Source: Malacoraja senta (taxonomy: Eukaryota). From it: a DNA stretch of 64,000 nt. Below, piece by piece: positions 1-12,029 of the stretch; positions within the stretch are counted from its first letter, which is position 1, and every line of letters begins with the position of its first letter. The translations under genes were made by a program, and so were the position numbers. The notes beneath the pieces are model-generated. The model ran no database searches, was not told the origin of the DNA, and was given only the letters and a program-made list of their open reading frames with translations. The stretch spans positions 23,438,001-23,502,000 of the forward strand of contig CM075988.1 of NCBI GenBank assembly GCA_038087875.1, read 5' to 3'.

Positions 1-914
1 CAAATTATATTATACTTTTGCACTGTAGTTGGCATTGCAACGTACGAAACAATCTGGCCAAGAAATGCTAGGGTCAAGTGTTGAAAGGGCACCAAGGAGA
101 ATTCATGTGTACTGGACTGTAAAGTAACAGAGTTTCTATGAGCAACTAAAAGGATAAATCAGCAAGCAGAAGAAAATTCACATTTGAATAAGAAATATTC
201 CAGTCTTTTAAGGAAATAATTTTACTCTACTATTGTACAGCTAAAACGTTTAACTATGACTTGATAGCTGCATAATTTCCACATCGAGATCTCAGAAAAT
301 GTACCACAGAACTTTTAAAAGGCAGTGCAAAGCAATAAACATGAAACATTAAATATTAAAATTGTGCTCTCCAGAGAATATAATTAAAAAAGCACGCAGT
401 CATAATATTCATAGTCCGAACTAAAAAAACAAATTGAACTAATATATCAGCACCACAAAGGAACACGTATAAAGAACTGATTTATACAGCCACTGTCTCC
501 TGGAGTAACTCAGCGGGACAAGGTCTCTTAGTTCATTTTCTTCAATGTACTACTCAGGCAGTGGCTCTGGATCAAGGGTGTCCTTGCTTCGTCTCCAATT
601 CTGCAGATCCTGAGATAACTAATGAGTACAACTAATGTAAGGGCTATAGATCAGGGAAGTGGTACCCAACATGATGGATGGGTGGGTAGTTTATGATGTG
701 GATCACTCTTTTTGTCACTTATGTTGGGCTTGGTGCTCCCAATTCACAGATTGGAGATTCTCAGTGCCAAATACTCCTCCTCTGAGAAATTATGGGCCAG
801 AGTTTTCCAAAAAGCTAGAGAGCACATTTTAGAAACATTGAAAATAGGTGCAGGAGTAGGCCATTCGGCCCTTAGAGCCTGCACCGCCATTCAATATGAT
901 CATGGCTGATCATC

Positions 915-3690
915 CAACTCAGCATCCTGTACCTGCTTTCTCTCCATACCCCCTGATCCCTTTAGCCACAAGGGCCACATCTAACTCACTCTTAAATATA
1001 GCCAATGAACTGGCCTCAACTACCTTCTGTGGCAGAGAATTCCAGAGATTCACCACTCTCTGTGTGAAAAATGTTTTCCTCATCTCGGTCCTAAAAGAAT
1101 TCCCCCTTATCCTTTCCCCAACATCGGGAACAATCTTCCTGCATCTAGCCTGTCTAACCCCTTAAGAATTTTGTACGTTTCTATAAGATCCCCCCTCAAT
1201 CTTCTAAATTCTAGCGAGTACAAACCGAGTCTATCCAGTCTTTCTTCATATGAAAGTCCTGACATCCCAGGAATCAGTCTGGTGAACCTTCTCTGTACTC
1301 CCTCTATGGCAAGAATGTCTTTCCTCAGATTAGGAGACCAAAACTGTACGCAATACTCCAGGTGTGGTCTCACCAAGACCCTGTACAACTGCAGTAGAAC
1401 CTCCCTGCTCCTATACTCAAATCCTTTTGCTATGAATGCTAACATACCATTCGCCTTCTTCACTGCTTGCTGCACCTGCATGCCTACTTTTAATGACTGG
1501 TGTACCATGACACCCAGGTCCCCCCTTTTCCTAATCGGCCACCATTCAGATAATAGTCTACTTTCCTGTTTTTGCCACCAAAGTGGATAACCTCACATTT
1601 ATCCACATTATACTGCATCTCCCATGCATTTGCCCACTCACCCAGCCTATCCAAGTCACCTTGCAGCCTCCGAGCATCCTCCTCACAGCTAACACTGCCC
1701 TCCAGCTTCGTGTCATCCGCAAACTTGGAGATGTTGCATTCAATTCCCTCGTCCAAATCATAAATATATATCGTAAATAGCTGGGGTCCCAGCACTGAGC
1801 CTAGCGGTACCCCACTAGTCACTGCCTGCCATTGTGAAAAGGACCCATTTACTCCTACTCTTTGCTTCCTGTCTGCCAGCCAGTTCTCTATCCACATCAA
1901 TACTGAACCCCCAATACCGTGTGCTTTAAGTTTGTATACTAATCTCTTATGTGAGACCTTGTCGAAAACCTTCTGAAAGTCCAGATATAACACAACCACT
2001 GGTTCTCCCTTATCCACTCTACTGGTTACATCATCGAAAAATTCTATAAAATTCGTCAGACATGATTTACCTTTCATAAATCCATGCTGACTTTGTCCAA
2101 TAATTTCACCACTTTCCAAATGTGCTGCTATCCCATCTTTAATAACTGATTCTAGCAGTTTCCCCACTACCGACGTTAGACTAACTGGTCTGTAATTCCC
2201 TGTTTTCTCTCTCCCTCCCTTTTTAAAAAGTGGGGTTACATTAGCTACCCTCCAATCCTCAGGAACTACTCCAGAATCTAAAGAGTTTTGAAAAATTATC
2301 ACTAATGCATCCACTATTTCTGGGGCTACTTCCTTAAGTACTCTGGGATGCAGCCTATCTGGCCCTGGGGATTTATCGGCCTTTAATCCATTCAATTTAC
2401 CTAACACCACTTCCCGGCTAACCTGGATTTCACTCAGTTCCTCCATCTCATTTGACCCCCGGTCCCCTGCTATTTCCGGCAGATTATTTGTCTTCCTTAG
2501 TGAAGACAGAACCAAAGTAGTTATTCAATTGGTCTGCCATGTCCTTGTTCCCCATGATCAATTCACCTGTTTCTGACTGCAAGGGACCTACATTTGTTTT
2601 AACTAATCTTTTTCTCTTCACATATCTATAAAAGCTTTTGCAGTCAGTTTTTATGTTCCCTGCCAGTTTTCTTTCATAATCTATTTTCTCTTTCCTAATT
2701 AAGCCCTTTGTCCTCCTCTGCTGGACTCTGAATTTCTCCCAGTCCTCTGGTAGGCTGCTTTTTCTGGCTAATTTGTACGCGTCATCTTTTGTTTTGATAC
2801 TATGCCTGATTTCCCTTGTTATCCATGGATGCACTACCTTCCCTGATTTATTTTTTTGCCAAACTGGGATGAACAATTGTTGTAGTTCATCCATGCAGTC
2901 TTTAAATGCCTTCCATTGCATATCTACCGTCAACCCATTAAGAATCAATTGCCAGTCTATCTTGGCCAATTCACTTCTCATACCCTCAAAGTTACCTTTC
3001 TTTAAGTTCAGGACCCTTGTTTCTGAATTAACAATGTCACTCTCCATCCTAATGAAGAACTCAACCATATTATGGTCACTCTTGCCCAAGGGGCCACGCA
3101 CAACAAGACTGCTAACTAACCCTTCCTCATTACTCAATACCCAATCTAGAATAGCCTGCTCTCTCGTTGGTTCCTCTACATGTTGGTTTAGAAAACTATC
3201 CCGCATACATTCCAAGAAATCCTCTTCCTCAGCACCCTTGCCAATTTGATTCACCCAATCTATATGTAGATTGAAGTCACCCATTATAACTGTTTTACCT
3301 TTGTTGCACGCATTTCTAATTTCCTGTTTGATGCCATCCCCAACTCCACTACTACTGTTAGGTGGCCTGTACACAACTCCCACTAGCGTTTTCTGCCCCT
3401 TAGTGTTTCGCAGCTCTACCCATATCGATTCCACATCCTCCAAGCTAATGTCCTTCCTTTCTATTGCGTTAATCTGCTCTCTAACCAGCAACGCTACCCC
3501 ACCTCCTTTCCCTTTCTGTCTATCCCTCCTGAATATTGAATATCCCTGGATGTTCAGCTCCCAGCCTTGGTTACCCTGGAGCCATGTCTCCGTGATCCCA
3601 ACTATATCCTAGTCATTAATAGCTATCTGCACATTCAACTCATCCACCCTATTACAAATGCTCCTTGCATTGAGACAAAGCCTTTAGGCT
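915..3690 (-). pseudogene. CR1 ORF2 (endonuclease plus reverse transcriptase), disrupted
   Basis: ORF pieces 2484-3491, 1490-2515 and 1107-1508. Relative to the copy at 27-29 kb there is a 2-bp loss near 2490, about 10 bp lost near 1520 and about 25 bp lost near 1113. Confidence 0.9.
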
Positions 3691-3911
3691 TGTTTTTACA
3701 ACACTCTTACCCCTTATACAATTATGTTGAAAAGTGGCCCTTTTTGATTTTTGCCCTGGATTTGTCTGCCTGCCACTTTTACTTTTCACCTTGCTACCTA
3801 TTGCTTCTACCCTCATTTTACACCCCTCCGTCTCTACACTCACACATTTAAGAAACCCTTTCCCTTTAACTCCATCCTCAACTATCCCATTCGACACCCC
3901 ACCCCCCTTAT

Positions 3912-4937
3912 TCAGTTTAAAACCACCCGTGTAGCAGTGGCAAATCTGCCTGCCAGAATGCTGGTCCCCCACCTGTTAAGATGCAATCCGTCCCTTTTGT
4001 ACAGTTCCCTTTTACTCCAAAACAGATCCCAGTGATCTAAGAACCTAAATCCCTGCCCCGTGCACCAGTTCCTCAGCCACACATTCAGGTCCCGTATCTC
4101 CCTGTTCCTGCTCTTGCCAGCACGAGGAACTGGAAGCAAACCGGAGATAACAAGCCTGGAGGTCCTGCTTTTCAGCATTTTTCCGAGCTCTCTAAAGTCA
4201 CGCTGCAGAATATTCATCCCCTTCTTTCCGACATCGTTTGTGCCGACATGCACTACCACTTCCGGCTGTTCACCTTCGCCCTTGAGGATTTTCTGCACTC
4301 TGTCCGTGACATCCTGGATCCTGGCACCAGGAAGGCAGCACACCATCCTCGAATCCCGTCTGTTGCCGCAGAAACCCCTGTCCGTACCTCTCACAATGGA
4401 GTCTCCCACTACAATGGCGTTGCCTGACTTTGGCCTTTTTGGTTTTGGCTCAACAGCCCTATTCGCATCGCAAGCCAGTCTGCCGCTCAGTGTTAAAACG
4501 TCTTCTGTCCCGACAGCTTCTAAGTGGGTGAACCGGTTCACAAGAGGTACAACACCCGGGGACGTTTGCATTCCATGCTTCCCTCTCTTTCTCACTGTCT
4601 TCCACCTTCTCTCTTCCAGTACCTTAGGTGTAACAATCTTACTGTAGGACTTGTCGAGGAACGACTCAGTTTCTCGGACAAACCCGAGGTCATCCACTTG
4701 CTTCTCCAGTTCCCCAACACGGTCCTTCAGGAGCTGTACCTGGATGCACTTGTCACATTTGTAGCAGCCAGAGGCACCAGCAGTGTCCTTGACCTCCCAC
4801 ATACTGCAAGCATTACACTGAATCAGCTTGCCTGACATCTCCTTCTTTCGTCTCTCCCACTGCAGTGTTTTGCATAGCCTCCTCTCCTCAGCCTCCTCGC
4901 CGAAGACTCTCGAGCCAAGGACTCGCACTTTTCTCAC
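3912..4937 (-). CDS. CR1 ORF1p: Cys-rich zinc finger, leucine-zipper-like coil and SGNH esterase domain
   Basis: CNAC...CYKCDKC; heptad LLKDRVGELEKQVDDL; SGNH blocks VVGDSIVRG, HVGTND, DGLHLN. The frame is open; the true start may be the internal Met of MSGKLIQC. Confidence 0.9.
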   Translation of the reverse strand: MRKVRVLGSRVFGEEAEERRLCKTLQWERRKKEMSGKLIQCNACSMWEVKDTAGASGCYKCDKCIQVQLLKDRVGELEKQVDDLGFVRETESFLDKSYSKIVTPKVLEERRWKTVRKRGKHGMQTSPGVVPLVNRFTHLEAVGTEDVLTLSGRLACDANRAVEPKPKRPKSGNAIVVGDSIVRGTDRGFCGNRRDSRMVCCLPGARIQDVTDRVQKILKGEGEQPEVVVHVGTNDVGKKGMNILQRDFRELGKMLKSRTSRLVISGLLPVPRAGKSRNREIRDLNVWLRNWCTGQGFRFLDHWDLFWSKRELYKRDGLHLNRWGTSILAGRFATATRVVLN

Positions 4938-5036
4938 AGGGCACTTCCCTCACAAGGCCGCTCCCTAAGAGCAGTCTTGCTTATATTGACTAATAAATTG
5001 CATAATTTACCCATTTTTGCAACCCAAATTCCTCAG

Positions 5037-5324
5037 TTTTCAACTGTTTTCCCCCCTTTGACTCACTTCTCTCCTCCCTCTTGGGCTAGAGCCAATCAGT
5101 GTTTTCTCTTGCTAATCTTCTCCTGCTGTTGCTTCCAAATCTACAGCAGCTCTGAGTAAAGTCTGCCTGTGCTTTGCCTCTCCTTTTCAACTGTTTTCCC
5201 CCCTCTGACTCACTTCTCTCCTCCCTCTTGGGCTAGAGCCAATCAGTGTTTTTTCTTGCTAATCTTCTCCTGCTGTTGCTTCCAAATCTACAGCAGCTCT
5301 GAGTAAAGTCTGCCTGTGCTTTGC
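5037..5324. repeat. Two tandem near-identical 141-bp units (period 147 bp) at the CR1 5' end
   Basis: ttttcaactgttttccccc...aaagtctgcctgtgctttgc occurs at 5037-5177 and 5184-5324. Each unit contains agagCCAATcag. Confidence 0.93.
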
Positions 5325-6270
5325 AATAACAGCGTTGAATCTTCACCTCTGTCCAATTGGTTATCATATCCTGTTACAGAGCTCTGTTTCAGCACTCTGC
5401 TATTGGGCATGAGAACAATGTAAGCTACACAATGTAGCTGAATAAATGCAATGAAGGCATTAATGCTGGGGTCATTGCTTAAATTAGATCAATTTATCTG
5501 GTAATAGGTAATCTGGAAGCAGTTTACAACTAAATCTTTTATACTTAATGTTGATAAAATGATGTTTAATTTTCTCAGATTACCAAAGATCAATACTGTT
5601 GGGTTTTATGTTTTCCTGCAGGGCCTTGCACATTTTTCTTAACCACATTGTTGTGTTCAACAGCAGACAAATAGAAAAGTTATACTTTCCAATTTGAATG
5701 AACACTGGAGATAATTAATGAAGTCTCTACTTCAGAATAAATATGATGCAAGCAGCAATATTGAAAAATTCAGAAATGAAATAATTTTTTTATGGAATGT
5801 GGTAAATATAATTATGTTTGAAGCACAATTATTCCTCAATTTGTATAACTTTCAATTTGGATCATTCATTGGCATTACAGTAACATTTAAAATTAACAAT
5901 GAAAAGATTTTCCTCAATATTCCTGGCACAATTCAGAAGACGCAAACAGAAAACGGCATTTCCTAAGTGTGGATTTGTCAATGTCAACTTTACTAATTTA
6001 CTACACTTCTTCTCACCTTGCAGTTTCCATATTCCTGTTGCCGTTGGTAGTAAGGTTTCATAACATAATCAGTAACATAAAATTGCACTTCAATTTGGAA
6101 GACTATTTAAGCATAACTAATTGAAAATCATAGCCAGTATATGGACCATACTCCTGAAGTTGGAATCAGTAATTTATGTGCAAATTGGTGCTCAGTCAAT
6201 AATCTTCAACCTGTTATAGGCTTTGGAATTTTTTAAAAAATAATGATCACACACTGAAGTCTGTAGTTAC

Positions 6271-6471
6271 CTTTGCATTTGCCAGCTTGTTCATCATAAA
6301 CAATTCATCACTGCGGTCATCATCTTCATCGTCAAAATTTGGAGATAACATTGCTTCCATTCCCAGTCGGATTGGACATGGCCCATCTTTCGGGTCAAAG
6401 GGATCCACAACAATTGGTTCAGTGCCTTTTATTTCACAACGACAAAATGGACATCCTTGACCTTCTGATTC
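6271..6471 (-). CDS. CBL: CBL coding exon (exon 9 equivalent; RING C-terminus and acidic stretch)
   Basis: [67 protein letters not shown]. Acceptor tttAG, donor GTaact, 201 bp. Confidence 0.96.
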
Positions 6472-7424
6472 CTAAATAGAGCATAGGGAATTGAATCAAC
6501 TATGGTTACCTATAAAGGGACAATCAGTGCAAAGATACTGAATGATGGTGCTTTACCCCATGTATACTTCATCTTTATAATTCCTAATACAGAAATAATT
6601 GCCATGCCTATGCAACAGAACTTGAACATTTTTGTAGCAGTGTTGCCAAGATGGTGTTAATCATATCAAAAATCTGGAATTCAGCTCACGATGTCCCATG
6701 AACAGGATGTCCCAGGAACATATTCAGCATTCATACATTCTGGAGCTTCTACTAGACTATCAACACCAAAATAAGCATTCAAGAGAAGGTATGAAAAAGG
6801 CAGAAAGGCTTTCTCAGAACTAATATGAAGGCTCACAATATTGATGGTGATACATGCGAGGGCTCCAAACCTATCTGATCCACAGCTGTAAGATTGCAGT
6901 TCATGTTTTCAAGCACTAACAGGTGGTTGACAAGATCTACATTGTCAACAGTAACATCACCAGTATTCATGGATGACAGATGTGTATATTTTTTTTAATC
7001 ACAGATTTTTAAAAATGCCAGCCTTTCACTTAATAGCCGAGTAGAGCATTAAACAAACAGATTTTGTTTAAGATTTCCTTTTCTGGGTAGATTATACCTG
7101 GGCAATTTCCCCACATGATCAGATTTGTAGTCATCCTGATTATCACGGCTATAGACTCATAGTCCTGGAGAAAGGTGCACAGTGGCTAGGAGTTTTTCCA
7201 AGTTCCTAACCAGTTACTATATCCAAGGGCCTCAGCTCTTGAAGACTGGAATTGGTAGTGGTGGACATCTCAAGAGGTGAAGATGGATCATCCACTTAGC
7301 ATTTCTGGTGAGGTGATTACAAATGCTACAATGTTTACTTTGACACTCACCACTAAAAAAAACCCCTCCCCCTTCAAGCTTAATTGCAAAACTACCATAT
7401 GCAACCGAGTATGACATCACCACA

Positions 7425-7628
7425 GATAGACACAAAAAGCTGCAGTAACTCAGGACAGGCAGCATCTCTGGAGAGATGGGATGGGTGACGTTTCCGGTCT
7501 GAAGAAGGGTCTCAACCAGAAACGTCACCCATTCATTCTCTGCAGAGATGCTGCCTGTCCCGTTGAGTTACTCCAGCTTTTTGTGTCTATCTTCGGTTTA
7601 AACCAGCATCTGCAGTTCCTTCTTACAC
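7425..7628. mobile_element. Short palindromic Penelope-derived element with a hammerhead-like core
   Basis: Inverted arms at about 7425-7494 and 7519-7592. CTGAAGA-a-GGGTCTCAACCA-GAAACGTC at 7499-7526. Flanked by 14-bp direct repeats atgaYatcaccaca (7411-7424, 7629-7642). Confidence 0.85.
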
Positions 7629-8362
7629 ATGATATCACCACAATCTGATCCACGAGTTGGTGAGATCAGATAATATTTACTACAAGCTGCTTTTGCTGTG
7701 AAAAAACTCATGAAGCCCTTCATTGTAATTTCACCACGTTGATCCTTCATTTATAGGTAATAATTTACTGGACCTAGATTAGCATTGCTTAATGTACAAC
7801 AAATAACCTGCTAAAATATGAGTAAAGTTTTCATCAATCATTTCTTCAATTGATAATTTCTTATATTTCCTCAACATAGATTTGACAAAAGATGCATTTA
7901 AACAAATGTGGGGTAGAAATTTATTTTGGAGAGTGGTATAATACAGTTCAAAACAAGATTTGGCCATTCTACATGAACAAAAATTGAATGAAATTAAATA
8001 CTGAGCCCTACATATAACTGACAGCTGATCCAATGCTGCTCATTTTTCACCGTCTACAATAAATTTCAATGATGTTGGTGCATGTCCCAGATGGTGCACA
8101 TTGCAGCTACCTTCTGCCAACTGTGGAGGTCCTGAATCTTTAGGATGAAAGATTATAACCAAAATACACTCTTAATTCTTTTGAAGTGATTTTCCAACTA
8201 TTTATGAGTCACTATTTGTTGATGACCTATTTTCACCGAGTTCTATAGAACACACCCTTACATACAAGAAGCCTGCACAGTTGGAAGAAAGTGGCTGTGA
8301 CAACAGAACATGCTCAAAGAGAACATTGCTCTAACCAATGAATAAATAACTTTTGAATTTTA

Positions 8363-8533
<171 letters not shown>

Positions 8534-9559
8534 TTATGGTGCTGTTGAAATTCAATACTGCAATTTTTTTCCATTATTTACTTTTCAGCTTTCTCTCAAG
8601 ACACCCACCCACCTTTTTGAAGTTTTATGAATGACAGCCACTCTCTAATATCTTTAACACAAGTGGCTATTCTTCACATGCAGCCTGCATTCTGAGGTTA
8701 GGCATAAATTGAGGAAGTCTTATCCATGGGCACTGATCACAAATATTTCTCAGAGGGCGAAATGAACATAGATTAGACATGCCAATTCTGCCATTTTATC
8801 CTTTTCCCATTTGGGAATTAGGCTAATAATAAAAATACTCAGGTTGAATTTGGATCTAAACTTTATTTTCTTTACCAACCAGACAATTGAGCCAACTCAG
8901 TTTTGCAGGATTATCTATTCCCAAAAATATTCTTCTACAAGCTTGATGGTGTTGTGAATATTTTGCTATCAGTGATTATTTTAATTTCCTCTTTTTATTG
9001 CCAGCATGAAACACCTGAAAATTATGCACAAATATAAACAGGGAGTGTACAACTGGAACTGCATTTAATCCAGGAAATGCAGCTTTCATTAAAGAGCGTG
9101 TGCTTTTGCTGTTTTAGATACGAATGTTCGACTACTTCTAAAACCATAAGCTTACCTTAAAAATTGGATATGTGGGTGTAATTGCAAATTATTACAAGAT
9201 AGCAATCTAATTAATGTCACCTAATTCAAAGCAATGAAGTTCAATTAATTTATAATCATCTATCCTCAAAAATTAGGCAGCATTTTACATTCAATGTTAA
9301 ATCATTTGAACGCATTATCATATTTCAGAGCAACACTCCATCACAGCATTTTAGAGTGGGTGATAGTGGGTAGCGATGTACAATGGGTTTGGTTCAGTAC
9401 TGACATGAATTGTACTCACCATGTACATCAATGCTTTGGAAAATTGAACTGGAATTTGAAATTTACAGATGTGAAGCATATTTAACAGTTTAGAATGTAG
9501 AAAATGTTACCATTTGCACATTATAGTGTTGCAAAGAATATGGTAATCTGTATGTTCAG

Positions 9560-10165
9560 TTATATTAATTGAGAAGTACAGAGATATCTGTGCTATCCAG
9601 ACAACCGTCATATACACGAGTACAATCAAGCTCATGTAGTTATACAAGTATAACAGACAGCGCAAAAAAACAGAATATGTATGGTGTTATGACATTACTC
9701 TTCCAGAGAAAGTGCAGATAAAAAAAGACAATGTTGATGTAGGTTGGGAAATCGTGACTACACCCTTATTAGTCAAATAATAGTTGAGAAGAAGTTGTTT
9801 CTGAATCAGGTGGTAATGCTTCTGATTGACAGAAGAGGGGAGAAGAGTATGATCAGGGCATAAATGGTCCTTCATTATGTTGGCTGCTGTCACGAGGCAG
9901 CGTGATGTGTAGATGGAATCGATTGAGGGGTGGTGGGAGGGGTGTGTAGGGAGCCTGTGTTCTGTTATGGACTTGGCTGTATCCGCAACTCTCTACAATT
10001 TTGTGATGTCTTGGGTTGAGCAGTTGCCAAACCAAGCTGTTGTTGAATGCTTACTACAGTGTATCTATAGAAATTGCTGAGAGTCTGATGCTGAAGTTCC
10101 TTAGTCTACTGAGGAAGTAGAAGTGCTGGTGGTGCTTTCTTGGCCATATCATCAATGTAGTTGGA
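9560..10165 (-). mobile_element. Degenerate Rex1/Babar-like LINE 3' fragment
   Basis: The minus strand reads like HFYFLSRLRNF...LSNFYRYTVVSI, resembling the Rex1-type C-terminal motif. Boundaries are approximate. Confidence 0.55.
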
Positions 10166-11365
10166 AATTCTGATGCATATATTTATTAGAAAAGCGATAC
10201 AAAATAGAGGGCTGCCAAGGATGTTAAAGTCACTGGCAGAAACAAAATATAGCATTAAATTTGATTTAAAATTTCCATCATTGACGTTTGTGAAATATCA
10301 TCTCATCCAGCATTTGATGCTGCACAAGTAATCAACAGATTATCAACTGCACCGGGGTCTGGGGTGGCTGTGGAGAAGCAATAAAATAGTGTGCCATTTA
10401 GTATGCAATTCAAGCCTAATGACAGGTCTTTGGATGATGTTGTTGAAATATGGTATAAAAATGATTAATGGAACGATGCACAATATTGCCATGGACATAC
10501 AAGCAATGTATTAGATCACAAAATATTTTCAAAAATTGCAGCAGCCGTGTAAGGACACACAAATTAATCTCAAACTCAGGACATTTAATCTTATCACATC
10601 CTTTTTTGACATTATTGCAGGGTACAGAGAAAGTATAGTAGCTTCTAGAAAAATGGCAAAAAAATACATGAAGGAGATTAAAGTTAATCTAAATAGCACT
10701 AACATTCATTTTCAGTAAATTAAGTTCTAAATTGGACACAATTTGCTCTGGGTTTTCAAGTTCATCTTCTCTAATACACACTAAAACAATAATCTGCTTT
10801 TCTAACCTTCAACAATCAGATCACATTTTTCAGATTCTCACACCCCGTTCAGCTCACACACTTCAGGTTCTTGCACCCCTATAAAACTCACTGGGGCCCA
10901 CTCCTCAAACCATTTGAGCTTGAAATTAATGAGCGAGCACAAACTAAATATGAATATTTCCTATGATCAACAAGAAATGGCATGAACACCATGCTCTCTT
11001 CAAATAGAGAGCAAATGGGAATCAACCTGAAGTAGTAAATGACATGCTCCTAAACCACGATTTAAGCACAGAATTGGTAGGCTCTGAAAACAAGTAGCAT
11101 AGAAGGCCAAGAAGACTCGAGCAAAGCACTACATGAGACATCTTGAAACACATTATCTGAAATTAGTCACAGCAACCAGTCAAAACAAATAGAAAGTGCA
11201 GAGTTTGGGCTGAATATATCTCAAGCACCATGGAAAACAAAATTATAAAAGCTTTTCAACTCATTTTGATTCAGTATGAACTAAAGATCGCGAAAGTTAA
11301 TGAAACTTTGTCAAAAGCAGCACTGAATTTCCCAAGCCAAGCATTAAACATCTCCCTTACTATAC

Positions 11366-11453
11366 CTGTGTCACTTTGATATGATCATGTGGCATTGGTT
11401 CACACAAACCAGTCAGATCTGGATTCTGACTGCGTCCATCAGGAAATAGGTAA
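11366..11453 (-). CDS. CBL: CBL coding exon (exon 7 equivalent)
   Basis: [29 protein letters not shown]. Acceptor cttAG, donor GTatag, 88 bp. Confidence 0.96.
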
Positions 11454-12029
11454 CTAAGAGCAGGTGAAAATCAAAACAAACAGGTCAAACATTTTCTCTG
11501 AATACTGTACAAACAATATAATTAATATGAATTTTTGAATTATTATGGTACTCCCATAATCTTCACTTCTCCATTCTGTTTTAATTGTTTTTTAAGGAAA
11601 CATATCAAACTGGAAGACTGAATCAGAAATAAGATTTAAATGTCATTGGAGTGTAAGCCTTTATTTTAATTACAACGTAAATATGAACTGGAAGACAAGG
11701 GACTATGTTTTGTAGATCTTATTTCTAACAGTATTTTGAAACATGAGACACGGTTCAGAGAAGGGAGTGACAAGGTTTGCTGTTAATTCATAGAAGCAGC
11801 ACAAGCAATAATTAGTATATCTGCAGAAGATATGAGTGAGGGATAACATGATTTGTATAAAGAGATGTAGAAAATTCACACATTTTGACTGAGGTTAGAA
11901 ATTGGGGAAACACTTCCAACCTGGTTGAAAAGCAAAGAATAAAATTAATGAGGGAATTAATTGGCATCTTTAAAAAACAAACTGGATTTAGAATAGACAA
12001 GAGATTGGAACTCATTTAAAAGACTGTTC

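Larger units (their letters stand above)
830..5324 (-). mobile_element. Near full-length CR1-clade LINE (5' UTR, ORF1, frameshifted ORF2, 3' UTR)
   Basis: ORF1 at 3912-4937. ORF2 has an APE endonuclease (GVVYRPP, MGDFN, SDHN) and an RT (GVPLGSVLGP, FADD) split into several frames. The 3' UTR matches the other young CR1 copies in the window. Confidence 0.95.

Noticed and set aside
896..4835. Many plus-strand ORFs (e.g. 1171-1590, 2773-3249, 4060-4647) and their equivalents at 21.0-22.1, 27.0-28.3 and 61.3-62.0 kb
   Set aside because: They are antisense or alternative-frame shadows of CR1 ORFs; they recur in each copy and carry no independent domain motifs.
6010..6070. Possible extra CBL exon ending at a minus-strand AAG|GTGAGA donor near 6016
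   Set aside because: There is no clear acceptor or polypyrimidine tract, and the translation does not resemble the proline-rich exon 10; unsupported without RNA data.
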